Source: Eledone cirrhosa (lineage: Eukaryota). From it: a DNA stretch of 64,000 bases. The stretch spans positions 85,374,001-85,438,000 of the forward strand of contig OZ024743.1 of assembly GCA_964016885.1 (NCBI GenBank), read 5' to 3'. The position numbers and the translations under genes were made by a program. The notes under the pieces are model-generated. The model had not been told where the DNA came from. It made no database searches and worked only from the letters and a program-made list of their open reading frames with translations. Position 1 is the first letter of the stretch, and each line of letters opens with the position of its first letter. Shown in pieces: positions 23,030-35,900 of the stretch.

Positions 23030-24120
23030 AGATTTATTCTTGAGTGCCATCTATGAAGAACTGTACTTCAGCAACACAGAACCAACAACCATTAACGATT
23101 CGATATCAGATGCCATTCCACCTATCTTAACTAGCGAGATATCTCATGCCATCAACAATTTGAAGCTGGAGGTGAACCACTTATCAAGGCACTTCAACAT
23201 CTTTTTAACTGTATTATCACCAGAGGAAAAAGCCCAGACATGTTGGGAACTATCATCCTATCAGGCTATTGAGTCATGTTTACAAGCTTTTCATGAGTAT
23301 CATTGAAGCACAAGTGAAGTCAGACTTTTATGCCTTGTTTCCTGAAACACAAGCTGCATATCAACCTGGAAGCAACACCATTGAGCAGATCGTAGCCATT
23401 GAACAAATCATTGAGAAATTAATAGAATTCAACAACCCTGTGCACATCACCTTCATTGACTTCACAAAAGCTTTTGGCAGGGTGATACTACCAAGCTTGT
23501 GGCAACTCTTAAACAAAACCTCAATTAACAAGAAATACATCAACCTACTGAAAGAAACTTACACCAACTCAACAGCATACATCAAAACAGATCAGGGAAC
23601 TATATAGACATCTTGAAATAAGTTAAGCAGGAAGATGTACTATCAGCTCTTCTTTTCTGTATCATTATAGCTGCACTTATCTACCAAACTGAAGAAGAAT
23701 GCTCCCTCCGACTATCAAATAGGTCAAATCTTTTCCAATCTTAGCTATGCAGACGAACTGGCCATCATGAGTTACTCTAGAACTGATCTGCAAAACCTTC
23801 TGAATGTACTGGCCAAACATTCACTAGAGGTTGGCTTACACATCAACATCTCCAAAAACAATGTCAATCTCCACTTCACAATTTACAACCAAGTTATGAA
23901 GTTTGTATATCTCGGTCACAAGCTATCATCAAACAACAATGGAATGGTCACTTTGCAGTAACACACAGGGTTGGGCAGCTTTCAACAGGAACATCAAAAC
24001 ACGTTTCTTATTATTTGAAAGCTAAGATATTTGATACATCCTACCAATTGTGTTATGTGATCTTGATTGTGTTAACTGGATGACGAGGCCACTTCAGAAG
24101 CTCTCAACATTCCAGAAATC
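23030..24120 (+). mobile_element. Old RTE-like LINE RT remnant (different family)
   Basis: QAAYQPG...FIDFTKAF, degenerate KQxDVLSxLLF and LSYADEL, FVYLGH; many stops and frameshifts. Confidence 0.75.
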
Positions 24121-24960
24121 ATCATTTTATGTCCGTTTTTCCCTGCTTGCAAGGGTTGGACGGGTCTTATTCAGCACAGCATCTTTCCACTTGTCACAGT
24201 CCTTCGTCATCTCCTCGGTGAGTTTCAGCGATCTGAGGTCTGCTCTTACCACCTCCACCCATGTTTTACATGGTCTGCCTCTTCTGTGTCTTCCTTCTAC
24301 TGGGATTTCTTGGCACTTCTTTACTCAGCGGTCATCCTCCATGTGCATCACATGTCCATACCATCTCAGCCTTCTCTCCTGCACACCACAACTTATCCCT
24401 TTTATACCCAGTTTCTTTCTCAACTCGTCCATGCTTGGTCATTCACATACATTGACATTGCACATCCATCGGAGCATACTTGCTTCATTTCTCTCTAGCC
24501 ATCGCATATCCTCTGCAGTTGCCGCCCATGTCTCACTACCATGCAGCATCGCGCATCTCACACAGGCATCATATAATCGTCCTTTTGTATGCAGAGAGAA
24601 ACCCTTCTTTGTCAACAAAGGAAGGAGCTCCCTAAACTGCTTCTAACTCGTCCTTATTCTAGATACCATGGCCTCGGAACCCCCCCCCCCCATGCTAATC
24701 TGATCACCTAGGTACCGGAAGCTATCAACAACTTCTATAGAACCCACCTGAATTGGAAAAATGTGTCTATCACTGTGATTAATACTGCCAACTTTCCCTG
24801 TACATCTACTGCATACGTAGTTTTCCCTACCTGTTAGTTTGCCTGCTATCCCACTACATCTCGTGTACCCAAGATCTGCATTGCGTACATTTTATGGAAT
24901 TTATGCCAGTTCCTTTCCTACATATCGAACATGGCCATTTCCCTGACGGAATCGGAGTAT
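24118..24960 (-). mobile_element. 5'-truncated RTE LINE
   Basis: Minus strand encodes SGKWPCSICRKG...CTQCRSWVH, FRYLG, HGSETW and WYGHV; same terminal motif as the other RTE copies. Confidence 0.85.
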
Positions 24961-25868
24961 TGTATGAGTATTGTATTGAATGAGAAGTAGCATGCGATAT
25001 AACCAGCTGAAACTGCAGATCTTGCGACCAGACCTTTACCTCAACAATAAGTTGCATGATGAAGATGCAGAGTAGATATATTAAATACACACATATACAC
25101 ATATATATATATATGTGTATATGTGTGTATTTAATATATCTACTATGCATCTTCATCATGCAATAAGCACTACACTGATTTATCATTTTGCCAGTCTTCA
25201 CACTGCAGACACTCCATATATCTAGATAGATATATCATCACTGTGCTTGCATGTGCTAGACAGCTCATATGACCCCCCACCTTGTTTATACGCTCTGTTT
25301 TTGGCTTGGTTTTCTATGGCTAGATGCCCTTCCCAACACCAACCATTTTACAGAGGGGACTGGGAGCACTTTTCATGGTACCAGTATGATCACCTTACAG
25401 GGTGGAATGAGTGCTTTTTGTCAAAGCATGGCCATAATAGAAGAAAGAAATTACTAGAGTAGAAAATCTCCTTAGAAGATTGTCAACTACAATAAAAAGA
25501 TGAAAATTAGTAGACAAATAAGTCACAAGATTAGCAAATTTTTTTGCAGAACGACAACCATGGAAGTGTTTATAGAAGAAATAAAGAAGTAATGTCCTGG
25601 TGATTATGGTGATTATCTCCCTTATAACATAAACTAACGTATACATCTATTGATTTATTTAAACGTCCTTACATAGCTGGTAAGACTAGGGAAGGTAGCT
25701 CTTATATATAAGAAACAAAGACAAAAGTGAGGCTGAGAGAGAATAGAGAGAGTAGAACAGCAGAAGGCAAAAGAAGCATAAATTAGAAAAGAGGCAAATG
25801 TAATATGAGTGTGTATAAATATGTATATATTTATATTGTTTTGTTTTTTTTCAAATACATCTGTATAT

Positions 25869-26342
25869 ATCATCATCATCATCATCATCATCATCATCGT
25901 TTAACGTCCATGTTCCACGCTTGCATGGGTTTGGACGGGAGTTTTCCCACTTGAGGCAAGAGTGGTTGTCTTGCTCGCATAGGACTGTCTGGCGGGTTTT
26001 CTACAGTTGGATGCCCTTCCTAACACCAACCACATTTACAGTGTGGGACTGGGAGGTTTTTACCGTGTTGCCTACACGGTCACATTACAGCGTGGACTGT
26101 GTGTTTTTTTGTCGTGACACCTACACAATCTCATTTGTTTCGGCCTGGATTTTGTGGCACCAACATAACTTTACATTGAAAGGGATGGTGTGGATGGGGT
26201 GGGGGTAGTGGGACGGGGGTGTATTTTTGTTAGAGGTGCCTACTGACTGTAGTAGGTTTTACTTTGTATTTAGGTAAGGCGGGTCTTCTCTATTACTGAG
26301 TACCGCCAAAGGTCTCGGTCCAGTGACATTGTCTTGGAGAAG
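25869..26342 (-). mobile_element. RTE 3' UTR fragment, close copy of 13411-13865
   Basis: Near-identical gtttaacgtccat...ccacgcttgcatgggtttggacgggag and (cat)n tail. Confidence 0.88.
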
Positions 26343-27119
26343 TGAATATATATATTCATATCATATCTGTTTAACGTCCATTTTCCACACTATCATGGGT
26401 TAGACAAGCCAAGTCCGATGATTGTGTTTTGCTCATACAGAACTGACTCTAGCTTAGTTTCTACAGCTGGATACCCTTCCTTATGCCAACCAGATTTACT
26501 GTGTGTACTGGGTGCTTTTTGTCATGACACCTACATGACCACTTTACAGTGTGGACTGGGTGCTTTTTGACATGACACCTACACGACCACCCTGCCATGT
26601 GGACTGGGTTCATTTTGTTATGACACCTACATGACCACTTTACAGTGTGAACTGGGGACTTGGGTGGGAGAGGTGCATGGGGTTTGGGGAGGTAGATTGA
26701 GGGGCATGGATGAGAGGTGGGGTGTTAGGACGTGGGAGGTGTATAGGAGTGGTGATGGGGCATACTAGATGTATGCCTCAGCCCCAGCACATGTGAAGGC
26801 GGGTCTTCTGTATTACTGCATAACGCCAGTGATCACCGACCTGCTTTGAGAGGTGCAATTGTGCAAGGTCAGTTTTTATCATCTCCAATAAATCTGTATG
26901 CATACATGTATGTGTATATATATATATATATAATTATTTAATCAATTTAAACGTCCAATAAGAGCTAGTAATCCATGACAGGTTAGGAGAGCTATCTAAT
27001 ACCCTTTATAATTAAGAAACAAAAACAAAAAGAAACAATAGACAGAAAGAGAAACAAGAAAAGAGAAGGGAAAAAAAGAGGCAAAAGAAGTAAAAATTTA
27101 AAAAAGCAGACAACAAAGA

Positions 27120-27620
27120 CAGTTATAATATATCTAAATAATTCTGTAGTTGAATCATTTCCTAGCCTCCCTGTATTGTAAGATCTTGTTTATGGCTGGT
27201 AGATCTTTGACAATATATTGTACCTGCAACCTTAGTAGTTTTTAAAGACCAGCTTCAAGATGTCTTCCTTTCTCTCTCTCTCAGACTGGTAATTATTACA
27301 TTGAAACAAATAGTGCCATGCAGTTTCTTGATAGTCTCCACAAGAACATAAAGGTGGTTCTATACAGCCTGTTCTTGATAAAAACACGGACAGCTATAAA
27401 ATAAACTAAATGTTTCTGTTGTTTTAATCTTTTTGTAGGTCCATGTATTGTAAGATCTTTATGATTGGCAGATCTTTAACAATATATTGCACCTCCAATT
27501 TTGGTAATTATTTTAAAGACCAGCTCCAGGACGTGCCCTCTCTCAGGCTGGTAGTTTTAACATTAGAACAAGGGATGATTCTATATGACCTGTTCTTGAT
27601 AAAATATAGTTTAATGGAAT
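27120..27620 (-). mobile_element. LINE ORF2 C-terminal remnant, locally duplicated
   Basis: Minus strand at ~27275-27348 reads CSCGDYQETAWHYLFQCNNYQSER (CCHC knuckle). The block gtattgtaagatct...ttttaaagaccagct recurs ~270 bp later. Confidence 0.55.
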
Positions 27621-28017
27621 TCAAAACCAACAGTCTTTGTTTATTAACCTTATTCAGTCCCAACATTCATGCTTAACCCTTGATTTCATGGTGTGAAGCA
27701 GATGAGAAACGAGTCTTCTCTGGGATAGGATATTTGCTAAACTATCTCAGACAACATTCTCAGCTGATATGGTATCTATTTTTGACAGCTAGCTTAACCC
27801 TTTCATTATCATATTCCTGATAAAATCCACTGCTTATCATTTTCTCTTAACACTTTCATGACCATATCTGTAATGAAATATGTTGCCTATGATTTTCAAA
27901 ATGGATGGATTAAGTATTATAACTAACTTTCTCATTATTAAGCTGATATTTAGAAGGTAACTTAACAAAAGTTTTTATATAAAATTATATACACCTATTT
28001 CATATACACTGACATGA

Positions 28018-30780
28018 CCATCATCATCATTTTTACATTCATTTATTCCTTGATTACATGAGTTGGACGGGTCCTTTTCAGCACAGCATCTCTCCACTCG
28101 CGTTCCTTTGTCATCTCCTCTGTTAGTGTCAGCAATTTGAAGTCAGCTCTCACCACTTCTGTCCAGGTCTTTCTTGGTTTACCTCTATTGCAGCTTCCTT
28201 CCACTGGGGTTTCCTAAGCACTTCTTCACCCAGGGATCATCATCCATGCACATCACATATCCGTACCAATGCAGCCTTCTCTCTTGCACACCACTTCAGA
28301 TTCTGTTTAAACCCAGTTTCTTCCACAGTTCATCCAAGCTCTGCCTTTCTCTCACATTAACATTGCCCATCCAACAAAGAATGGTAGCTTCATTTCTGTC
28401 CAGCCTATGCATCACCTCTGCAATCACTGCCCATGTTTCACTACCATGCAGCATTGCGCTTTACACACAGGCATCATACAGTCATCCTTTTGTATATAAG
28501 AGAAACCTTTTGTTGTCAACAGTGAGAGTAGCTCGCTAAACTTCTTTCATCCTATCCTTATTCTAGGTATTATGCACCCTCCTCCACAGCTAATTAGGTC
28601 CCCAAGATAGCAGAAGCTATCAATCACTTCTATGGACCCTTCATGTGATTGCAAAAAGATTTATATCACTGACACTTTTCTCTTCAATTACCCCTGTTGC
28701 ATCTTTTATTTACAAAGTCTTCCCTTCCTGTTAGTCTACAAGATATCTTACTACATCTCTTGTGTACCCAAGATTTACATTCTGTACATCATATAGAGTT
28801 GATGCCTACTCCTTTTCTACATATTGAGCAGGGCCATTCCTCTAAAGGAATTAGAGTCCCATTTTCTTGCCTACTTACTAGCACCTTAGTTTTGGCTAAG
28901 TTTACTGACAGCCTTTCCAAATTCTGTTTCCATAGTCGGAATGTATTCCCTAGTTTGTTTATGGATTCAGCTCTAAGAACCAGATCATCTACATAGAAAA
29001 GATCTTATGGACAGCCAATCTTAAACTCCTCTGTTATGGCCTGGAGAAACATGGTGAATAGTAGTGGGCCAAGAACTAAACCCTGATGAATTCCTACCAG
29101 CACCTTGAATTCTTCACTAAATTCAATTCCTACACTCACATACGAGGGTGGGCTGAAATGTTCATAGGCTGACTATGAAGAAGTGATGCTAGAGCTGTGA
29201 AATCTAAATTTAGGAGAGAAAGGGAGAGTCTTGAAGATTATCCAAGGTCTGGACTTCCTGCAACTGCCACTACTGAGGAAAACATTGATCATGATCACTA
29301 TATGGTGATTGATGATAAGTGATTGACTATAAATCAAATAGCCAATGCTATTAGCATATCCCGTGAGAGAGTTGAGAATATTCTGCACAATGACTGTCTT
29401 CTGACACCTGATCAAAAGCACACCAGGCTGATCACATCACAGGAAAATCTGACATTGTTTGAGATAGATCTAGCCAGTTTCCTTGAATGTTTCCTAACCT
29501 AGGATGAGTGTTGGGTTCATCACTTTCAGCCTATCTTCAAAAGGGCCACACCATCAAGCAGTTACAAAAGGCTATCAAGACCAAATGGCCAGGAAAACTG
29601 ATGAAAGGGGTCTTGTTTCATGAGGACAATACTCCAGCAAACAAATCTTTAGTTTCAAAGGCTGTTGTGCATGACTGTGGCTTTGAACTGGTTGATCACA
29701 CTCCCTATTCTCCTGATTTGGCTGACTGCACCACTGTACATGACTTGCACTGCCCTCACAAGCACTCATCTACCCCTAGTTTTCTAACTGCTCACAAGGT
29801 TGCAGGTCAACAAATGCCAATTAGAGGGGTTTACTTTTAGCTAGGTACTTCTCCTGCAGTTGCCTCACAAATCTGAACAGCATCTCATCCAGATTAATTT
29901 GATTCCCAGTTGTGCAATAACTCTTTCTGTAACTTTCATGACCTAATCCATCAATTTGATGCCTCAGTAATTTCCTCTGCCTAGAGCATCCCCTTTACCC
30001 TTGTAGCAGTTGACGATGATGCTGCTACACCTGTCATCGGGTATGGTAGCTATTCCCGATGACCCAACTACTTTGCCCGTCTTCATGTCCTTAATTGCCT
30101 TACTACACTGCTGCTGACTTGTACCACTGGTTCCCCTGTTGGGTCCACTTGAGACAGGCTAACTTCCTCCCACACATTCTCCTCATTCATCAGTCTCCCA
30201 TAATGACACTCCCATGCTGCTTCCTTTTCGACATCAGTGAGAGCAAGTGCACCATTGTTTTCTTGAACACACTTCTCCCCATCAACATGCCAATTTTCCC
30301 TCACACACTGCCTCACAATCATGAACACTTCACTTCTTTAGTCAACAAGTCACATAACATACATAAACTTTTTATTTCCTGCTTCTTACTTTGCAAAGTA
30401 TACTTGTCACCTAGCCGTTTTCTTGGCCTCTTGGTAAAGTTCTCTGCTTCCCTATTTTGCCTTTCTTTCCATGCCTGTCTTTTGGCCTTAATTGCTTCAT
30501 ACACCTACTATTCCAACACCCTAAACTTCTGATCCACATACCTTATTTGTGGCCCTCAGTAGATTGTCTGTCAGGAAATTCCACTGTTCCTCTATATTGG
30601 ATGTCACTATTTCTTCTACCTTATTGTCAAAAGCATTAAGTAGGATATTCTTAAATTTGTTACAGGCTGAGGGCTGGGTTCATATCCTTCTCCTCTAGGT
30701 TACCCTCTATCTCTATGTTTGTCCTGCACTAATTAACAAATCACTGACTACTACCTTATGTTGGGAGGTGTATTCCTTCT
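28018..30780 (-). mobile_element. Degenerate RTE LINE interrupted by a mariner
   Basis: RT motifs GIHQGLVLGPLLF and YVDDL; PHD-like WPCSICRKG...WVHKRC; HGSETW; upstream linker ORF fragments. Confidence 0.8.
29141..29722 (+). mobile_element. Mariner transposon remnant, right end missing
   Basis: tacgagggtgggctgaaa TIR-like start; FHEDNTPA and HTPYSPDLA transposase motifs; RTE sequence resumes on both sides. Confidence 0.85.
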
Positions 30781-31058
30781 GTACCATACCATCCAGTGGT
30801 AGTTACTATCTCAGGTAACATACCATCCAGTGGAAGTGTCTATCTCAGCTAACATACCATCCAGTGAAAGTCACTGTCTCAGCTAACATACCATGCAGTG
30901 GAAGTCACTGTCTCAGCTAACATACCATCCTATAGTTGACACTATCTCAGGTAACATACCCTTCAATGGTAGACACTGTCTCAGGTAACATACCCTTCAA
31001 TGGTAGACACTGTCTCAGGTAACATACCCTTCAATGGTAGACAGTCTCAGGTAACATA
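30781..31058. repeat. 34-bp minisatellite, ~8 copies
   Basis: taacataccatccagtggaagtcactgtctcag(c/g) at 30816, 30850, 30884 and onward. Confidence 0.9.
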
Positions 31059-31826
31059 TGGCTGAACAATATATCTCTACTCTTAACCCTTTATTACACT
31101 ATATTTACTATTGTATTTTTGTGGTAAAGGCTTTACCACATAATATCGAATCTATGAGATTTTGATATTATTTGTTTTGAGGACAATGCCTTAACATCAG
31201 TATGAGGGGCCAGTTATGGCCAGCTTGAACCTCTGAATTATAAGTACACTTCACCCAACAAGTTCTGTCTACACAATTTCACTTATAGGGCATGTGTTGA
31301 CCCAATGCTGTGGTAAACGGCACTTGCCGAAGATGCCCTGTAGTGAAATTCTTAAGTCATGCTACATCCACAAAAACATAAAAATACATAATGAAATAAC
31401 TACATATGATTTGAACTGAAGACCTAGGAACTCCTAGTGTCTCCCTAGTATCAGTGATGTACATAAACATACCCAGTACACTCTGTAAAGTGGTTGGTGA
31501 TAGAAAGAGCACTCAACCATAGAAAACCTGCTTAACAAAGGGTCAGGAGGACTCCACTCTTGTGCTATAAACATAACAACTTCCCTAGTATTAGTTCCAT
31601 AAAGTTAACAACCTCCCCAGTATTGATGCCATAAACTTAACAACCTGCCTAGTATTGGTAGAGTGCAGCATTGCATGTTGAGCCTCTGTCTACCTAGGGT
31701 CAGTGGTTCTGCTTGAGTACTGACCAGTCGGTGACAACACATCCAACCCTTGCTAATAGGGAAGACAGATGATGATAATGATGATTCAATGGGAGAGGAC
31801 ATAACAAAGCCATATTGAGAACTCAC

Positions 31827-31987
31827 CTCGATAATTTAGCTGCCACGGCAAAATTAGCAAAACTGTTTGGTTCCGATTGAATTAATTCCATAATCAAAGT
31901 ATCTTCAGACATACAGTTTCTGCCACATAGCAATATCCATCCTTCACTGGGCAAGTCTAATAATTCTTTATTACCAAACTGCTGAAC
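31827..31987 (-). CDS. HECTD3: HECTD3-like E3 ubiquitin ligase, most 5' exon visible (VQQFGNKELLDLPSEGWILLCGRNC...AAKLS)
   Basis: Acceptor CATCTCCAG and donor AG|GTGAGT; 161 nt, open, phase 0 to 2, joins the 16834 exon in frame (AG+T=Ser). EGWIL resembles the EGWLL motif of vertebrate HECTD3 as I recall it. Not in the ORF track. Confidence 0.85.
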
Positions 31988-32324
31988 CTGGAGATGAACA
32001 GAGTGGGGGAAAAGATTTAATTAGCAATAGCACTAACACAGTGTGATCACAATAAAGGAGTGTATAAACAATAGTTCAGAACTGGATATTTCAATACTAA
32101 GATTTAAAAATCTTCAACCAAAGACTTAATCCCCAATGCTTGCAACAGAGGGGTCTCTGCTAACGGTATCCAAGAGGTGGTGCTGGCAGTGGTAATTGTG
32201 TTCAACTGGGCTGTGGATTAATTCTACCACCCAAATAGGCCATAGTGGAATTGAACACAGAACATAAAATAGCTGGGAACAAATACTGCAAGACATCTCA
32301 TCATTTTATCACCTTCATTTATAT

Positions 32325-32625
32325 CTGGTACTCCATCAGTTACGACGGAACAGCTTGCTCATGAAATTAACATGCAAGAGAGTGACTGAGCATTCCACAA
32401 ACATGCATACCCTTAATGTAGTTCTCAGGGAGATTCAGTGTGACACAGAATATGACAAGGCTGGCCCTTTGAATTACGGGTACAACTCATTTTTGTCAGC
32501 TGAATGGACTGGAGCAACATGAAATAAAGTGTATTGCTCAAGGACACAATGCGCCACCGGGAATCAAACTCACAACCTTATGATTGTGAGCCGAATACCC
32601 TAACCCTCAAACCACGCACCTTCAC
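32325..32625 (-). mobile_element. tRNA-derived SINE
   Basis: Reverse complement of the 15907 SINE head and core (gactggagcaacatgaaataaagtgtattgctcaagga...aaccacgcaccttca). Confidence 0.75.
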
Positions 32626-32689
32626 TATCACCATTTAACAACAAGGAAATGTATGGAGTGGAGTTTTATTGCCACAACAAACTATGATA

Positions 32690-32990
32690 TTTCTATGCAA
32701 CATTTACATGATATATCCATGCAACATTTCAGTGTGATATCCTCATGTGATATAACATGCAATAATTCTATGTGATATCCTCATGCAATATTTCTATGTG
32801 ATATCCTCATGTGATATAACCATGCAATATTTCTATGTGATATCCTCATGTGGTATAACCATGCAATATTTCTATGTGATGTCCTCATGTGATATAACCA
32901 TGCAATAATTCTATGTGATATCCTCATGTAATATATCCATGCAACATTTCAGTGTGATATTTCAATATGATATTTCCATATGATATTTTA
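32690..32990. repeat. 13-bp-subunit tandem repeat (atgtgatatcctc / atgcaatatttct / atgtgatataacc)
   Basis: Directly visible; forms a 39-bp trimer in the centre. Confidence 0.85.
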
Positions 32991-35900
32991 TTTGGAGCAC
33001 TTTTGTAGGTGGTCTATGTGCAATTTGTGGTCTTGTGCAAAAATTAAGGACCCTGGCATGACTGACTGGTATAATCTATGAAAGGTTTAACAATGTTTAC
33101 ATCGGTTCTTTTTCTTTTATTCTTTTACTTGTTTCAGTGAGTAGACTGTGGCTATGATGCAGCATCACCCTGATTTATCGATCATACTGGCGCCAGTATT
33201 TATTCTATGTATTTGATCTCATATATACTATCAATCACCCACACCTATAATTTTGTACCTATTTCCCCCCCTACAAATTCCACACAGGAGCATGGTGGGT
33301 TCTTCTGTTTGAACTCTGACCAACAGCTTCTCTAGTGATGGTGCTATGACAATGCACCTGGTATGCTCTGGAAAGTGATTGGCAACAGGAAGTGCACCTT
33401 GTTATAGAAACCATGCCTAAAAGAGTTGAACGGACCCCCTTCAGTTGTGTCAATGACACAACCTCTCTAGTGTTGGTGTTCTACATTATAAATGCACCCA
33501 GTACATGCTGTAATGTAGTTGGTGATAGGAAGGGCATCCAGCCATAGAAAACTTGCCAAACAAAGGGTTGGGAGGACCCTTTGTTGGTGTCAAAGACATG
33601 ACAACCTCTCTAGTGATGATTCAATAAAATGCAAATGGTAGAATGTGGATCTGCATATAAACAAGATGCAAAGCCCCAGCCTGTCAGGAGTATCAGTGGC
33701 CCTACTTCAGTACTGACTTGCTCTGTAAAGACCCATCGAACACTTACTAACAGGGAAAGTGGACGTTAAATAATGATGATGATGATGCTAAGTTATGGGA
33801 CATAAACACAAACAGATATAAATGTAGACACAGACAAGAACACACACACATATCATCATCCTCATTTTATATCCACTTTTCCATGTTGCATTCCTATGTC
33901 ATCATCTCTGTGAGATTCAGCAATTTGAGATCGACTCTCACCACTTCTGTCCAGATCTTCCTTGGTCTTTCTCAACTGAGATATCTCACCACTTCTCACT
34001 CAGCAATCATCATTCATACACAAATATAGATACAACAGACTTCTGCAGTTTCCATCTACCGAATTCCACTCATAATGTTATGGCTGACACAATGTAGGTT
34101 TAGTAGGCCTCTAATGGGGCTACCCTTTCATCTTAATATTTTACAACTAAATTTCATATAACAATGAATTTCAAAGATTTTTTTAAGTACCTTTTTTCAT
34201 TAAGTCAATATTAAGAAGTTGACATCAAAGATCTTACATAAAATTATTATGGAAGATTTTAACTTAGATATAGACACTTTAAAATGGAGAGTTTAATGAC
34301 AGAAAAAGAGGCAGTTCCAAGTGGGTTGCTATTCAAAAGGATAATAATAGGACAGCATTTTTCAAGGTATGTACTGTAGCACCTATGGTAGTAATTGTGG
34401 TGGTGTTCAATGTATTGTAATGTAGTGTCTATGTGGGTGGTTGTGGTGTTGTAAGTAGTGTAGTGTCTATGTTGGTAGTTGTGGTGTTTATGTACTGTAG
34501 TGTCTATGTTGGTAGTTGTGGTGTTGTATGTATGGAGTGTCTATGTTGGTAGTTGTGGTGTTGTATGTAGTGTAGTGTCTATGTTGGTAGTTGTGGTGTT
34601 GTATGTACTGTAATGTCTATGTTGGTAATTGTGGTGTTGTATGTACTGTAGTGTCTATGTTGGTAGTTGTAGTGTTGTATGTACTGTAGTGTCGATATTG
34701 CTAGTTGTGGTGTTGTATGTACTGTAGTGTCTATGTTGGTAGTTGTGGTGTTGTATGTACTGTAGTGTCTATGTTGGTGGTTGTGGTGTTGTATGTACTG
34801 TAGTGTCTATGTTGGTAGTTGTGGTGTTGTATGTACTGTAGTGTCTATGTTGGTAGTTGTGGTGTTGTATGTACTGTAGTGTCTATGTTGGTAGTTGTGG
34901 TGTTGTATTTACTGAGCTGTCTATGTTGGTATTTGTGGTGTTGTATGTACTGTAGTGTCTATGTTGGTAGTAGTGGTGTTGTATGTACTGTAGTAGCTAT
35001 GTTGGTAGTAGTGGTGTTGTATGTACTGTAGTAGCTATGTTGGTAGTGGTGGTCTTGTATGTACTGTAGTGTCTATGTTGGTAGTTGTGATGTTGTATAT
35101 ACTGTAGTATCTATGTTGGTAGTTGTGGTGATGTATGTACTGTAGTGTCTATGTTGGTAGTTGTGGTGTTGTATTTACTGAGGTGTCTATGTTGGTAGTT
35201 GTGGTGTTGTATGTACTGTAGTGTTATGTAGGTAGTTGTGGTGTTGTATGTACTGTAGTGTCTATGTTGGTAGTTGTGGTGTTGTATGTACTGTAGTGTC
35301 TATATTGGTAGTTGTGATGTATGCACTGTAGTGTCTATGTTGGTAGTTGTGATGTTGTACATACTGTAGTGTCTCAGTAGTTGTGGTGTTGTATGTACTG
35401 TAGTGTCTATGTTGGTAGTTGTGGTGTCGTATGTAATGTAGTGTCTATGCTGGTAGTTGTTGTAGTACTGTAGTGTCTATGTTGGTAGTTGTGGTGTTGT
35501 ATATACTGTAGTGTCTATGTTGGTAGTTGTGGTGTTGTATGTAGTGTAGTGTCTATGTTGGTAGTTGTGGTGTTGTATGTAGTGTAGTGTCCATGTAGGT
35601 AGTTGTGATGTTGTATTTAATGTAGTGTCTATGTTGGTGGTTGTGGTGCTGTATGTACTGTAGTGTCTATGTTGGTAGTTGTGGTGTTGTATGTACTGTA
35701 GTGTCTATGTTGGTAGTTGTGGTGTTGTATGTACTGTAGTGTCTATGTTGGTAGTCGTGATGTTTTATGTACTGTAGTGTCTATAGTGGTAGTTGTGGTG
35801 TTGTATGTACTGTAGTGTCTATGTTGGTGGTTGTGGTGCTGTAAATACTGTAGTGTCTATGTTGGTAGTTGTGGTGTTGTAGGTACTGTAGTGTCTATGT

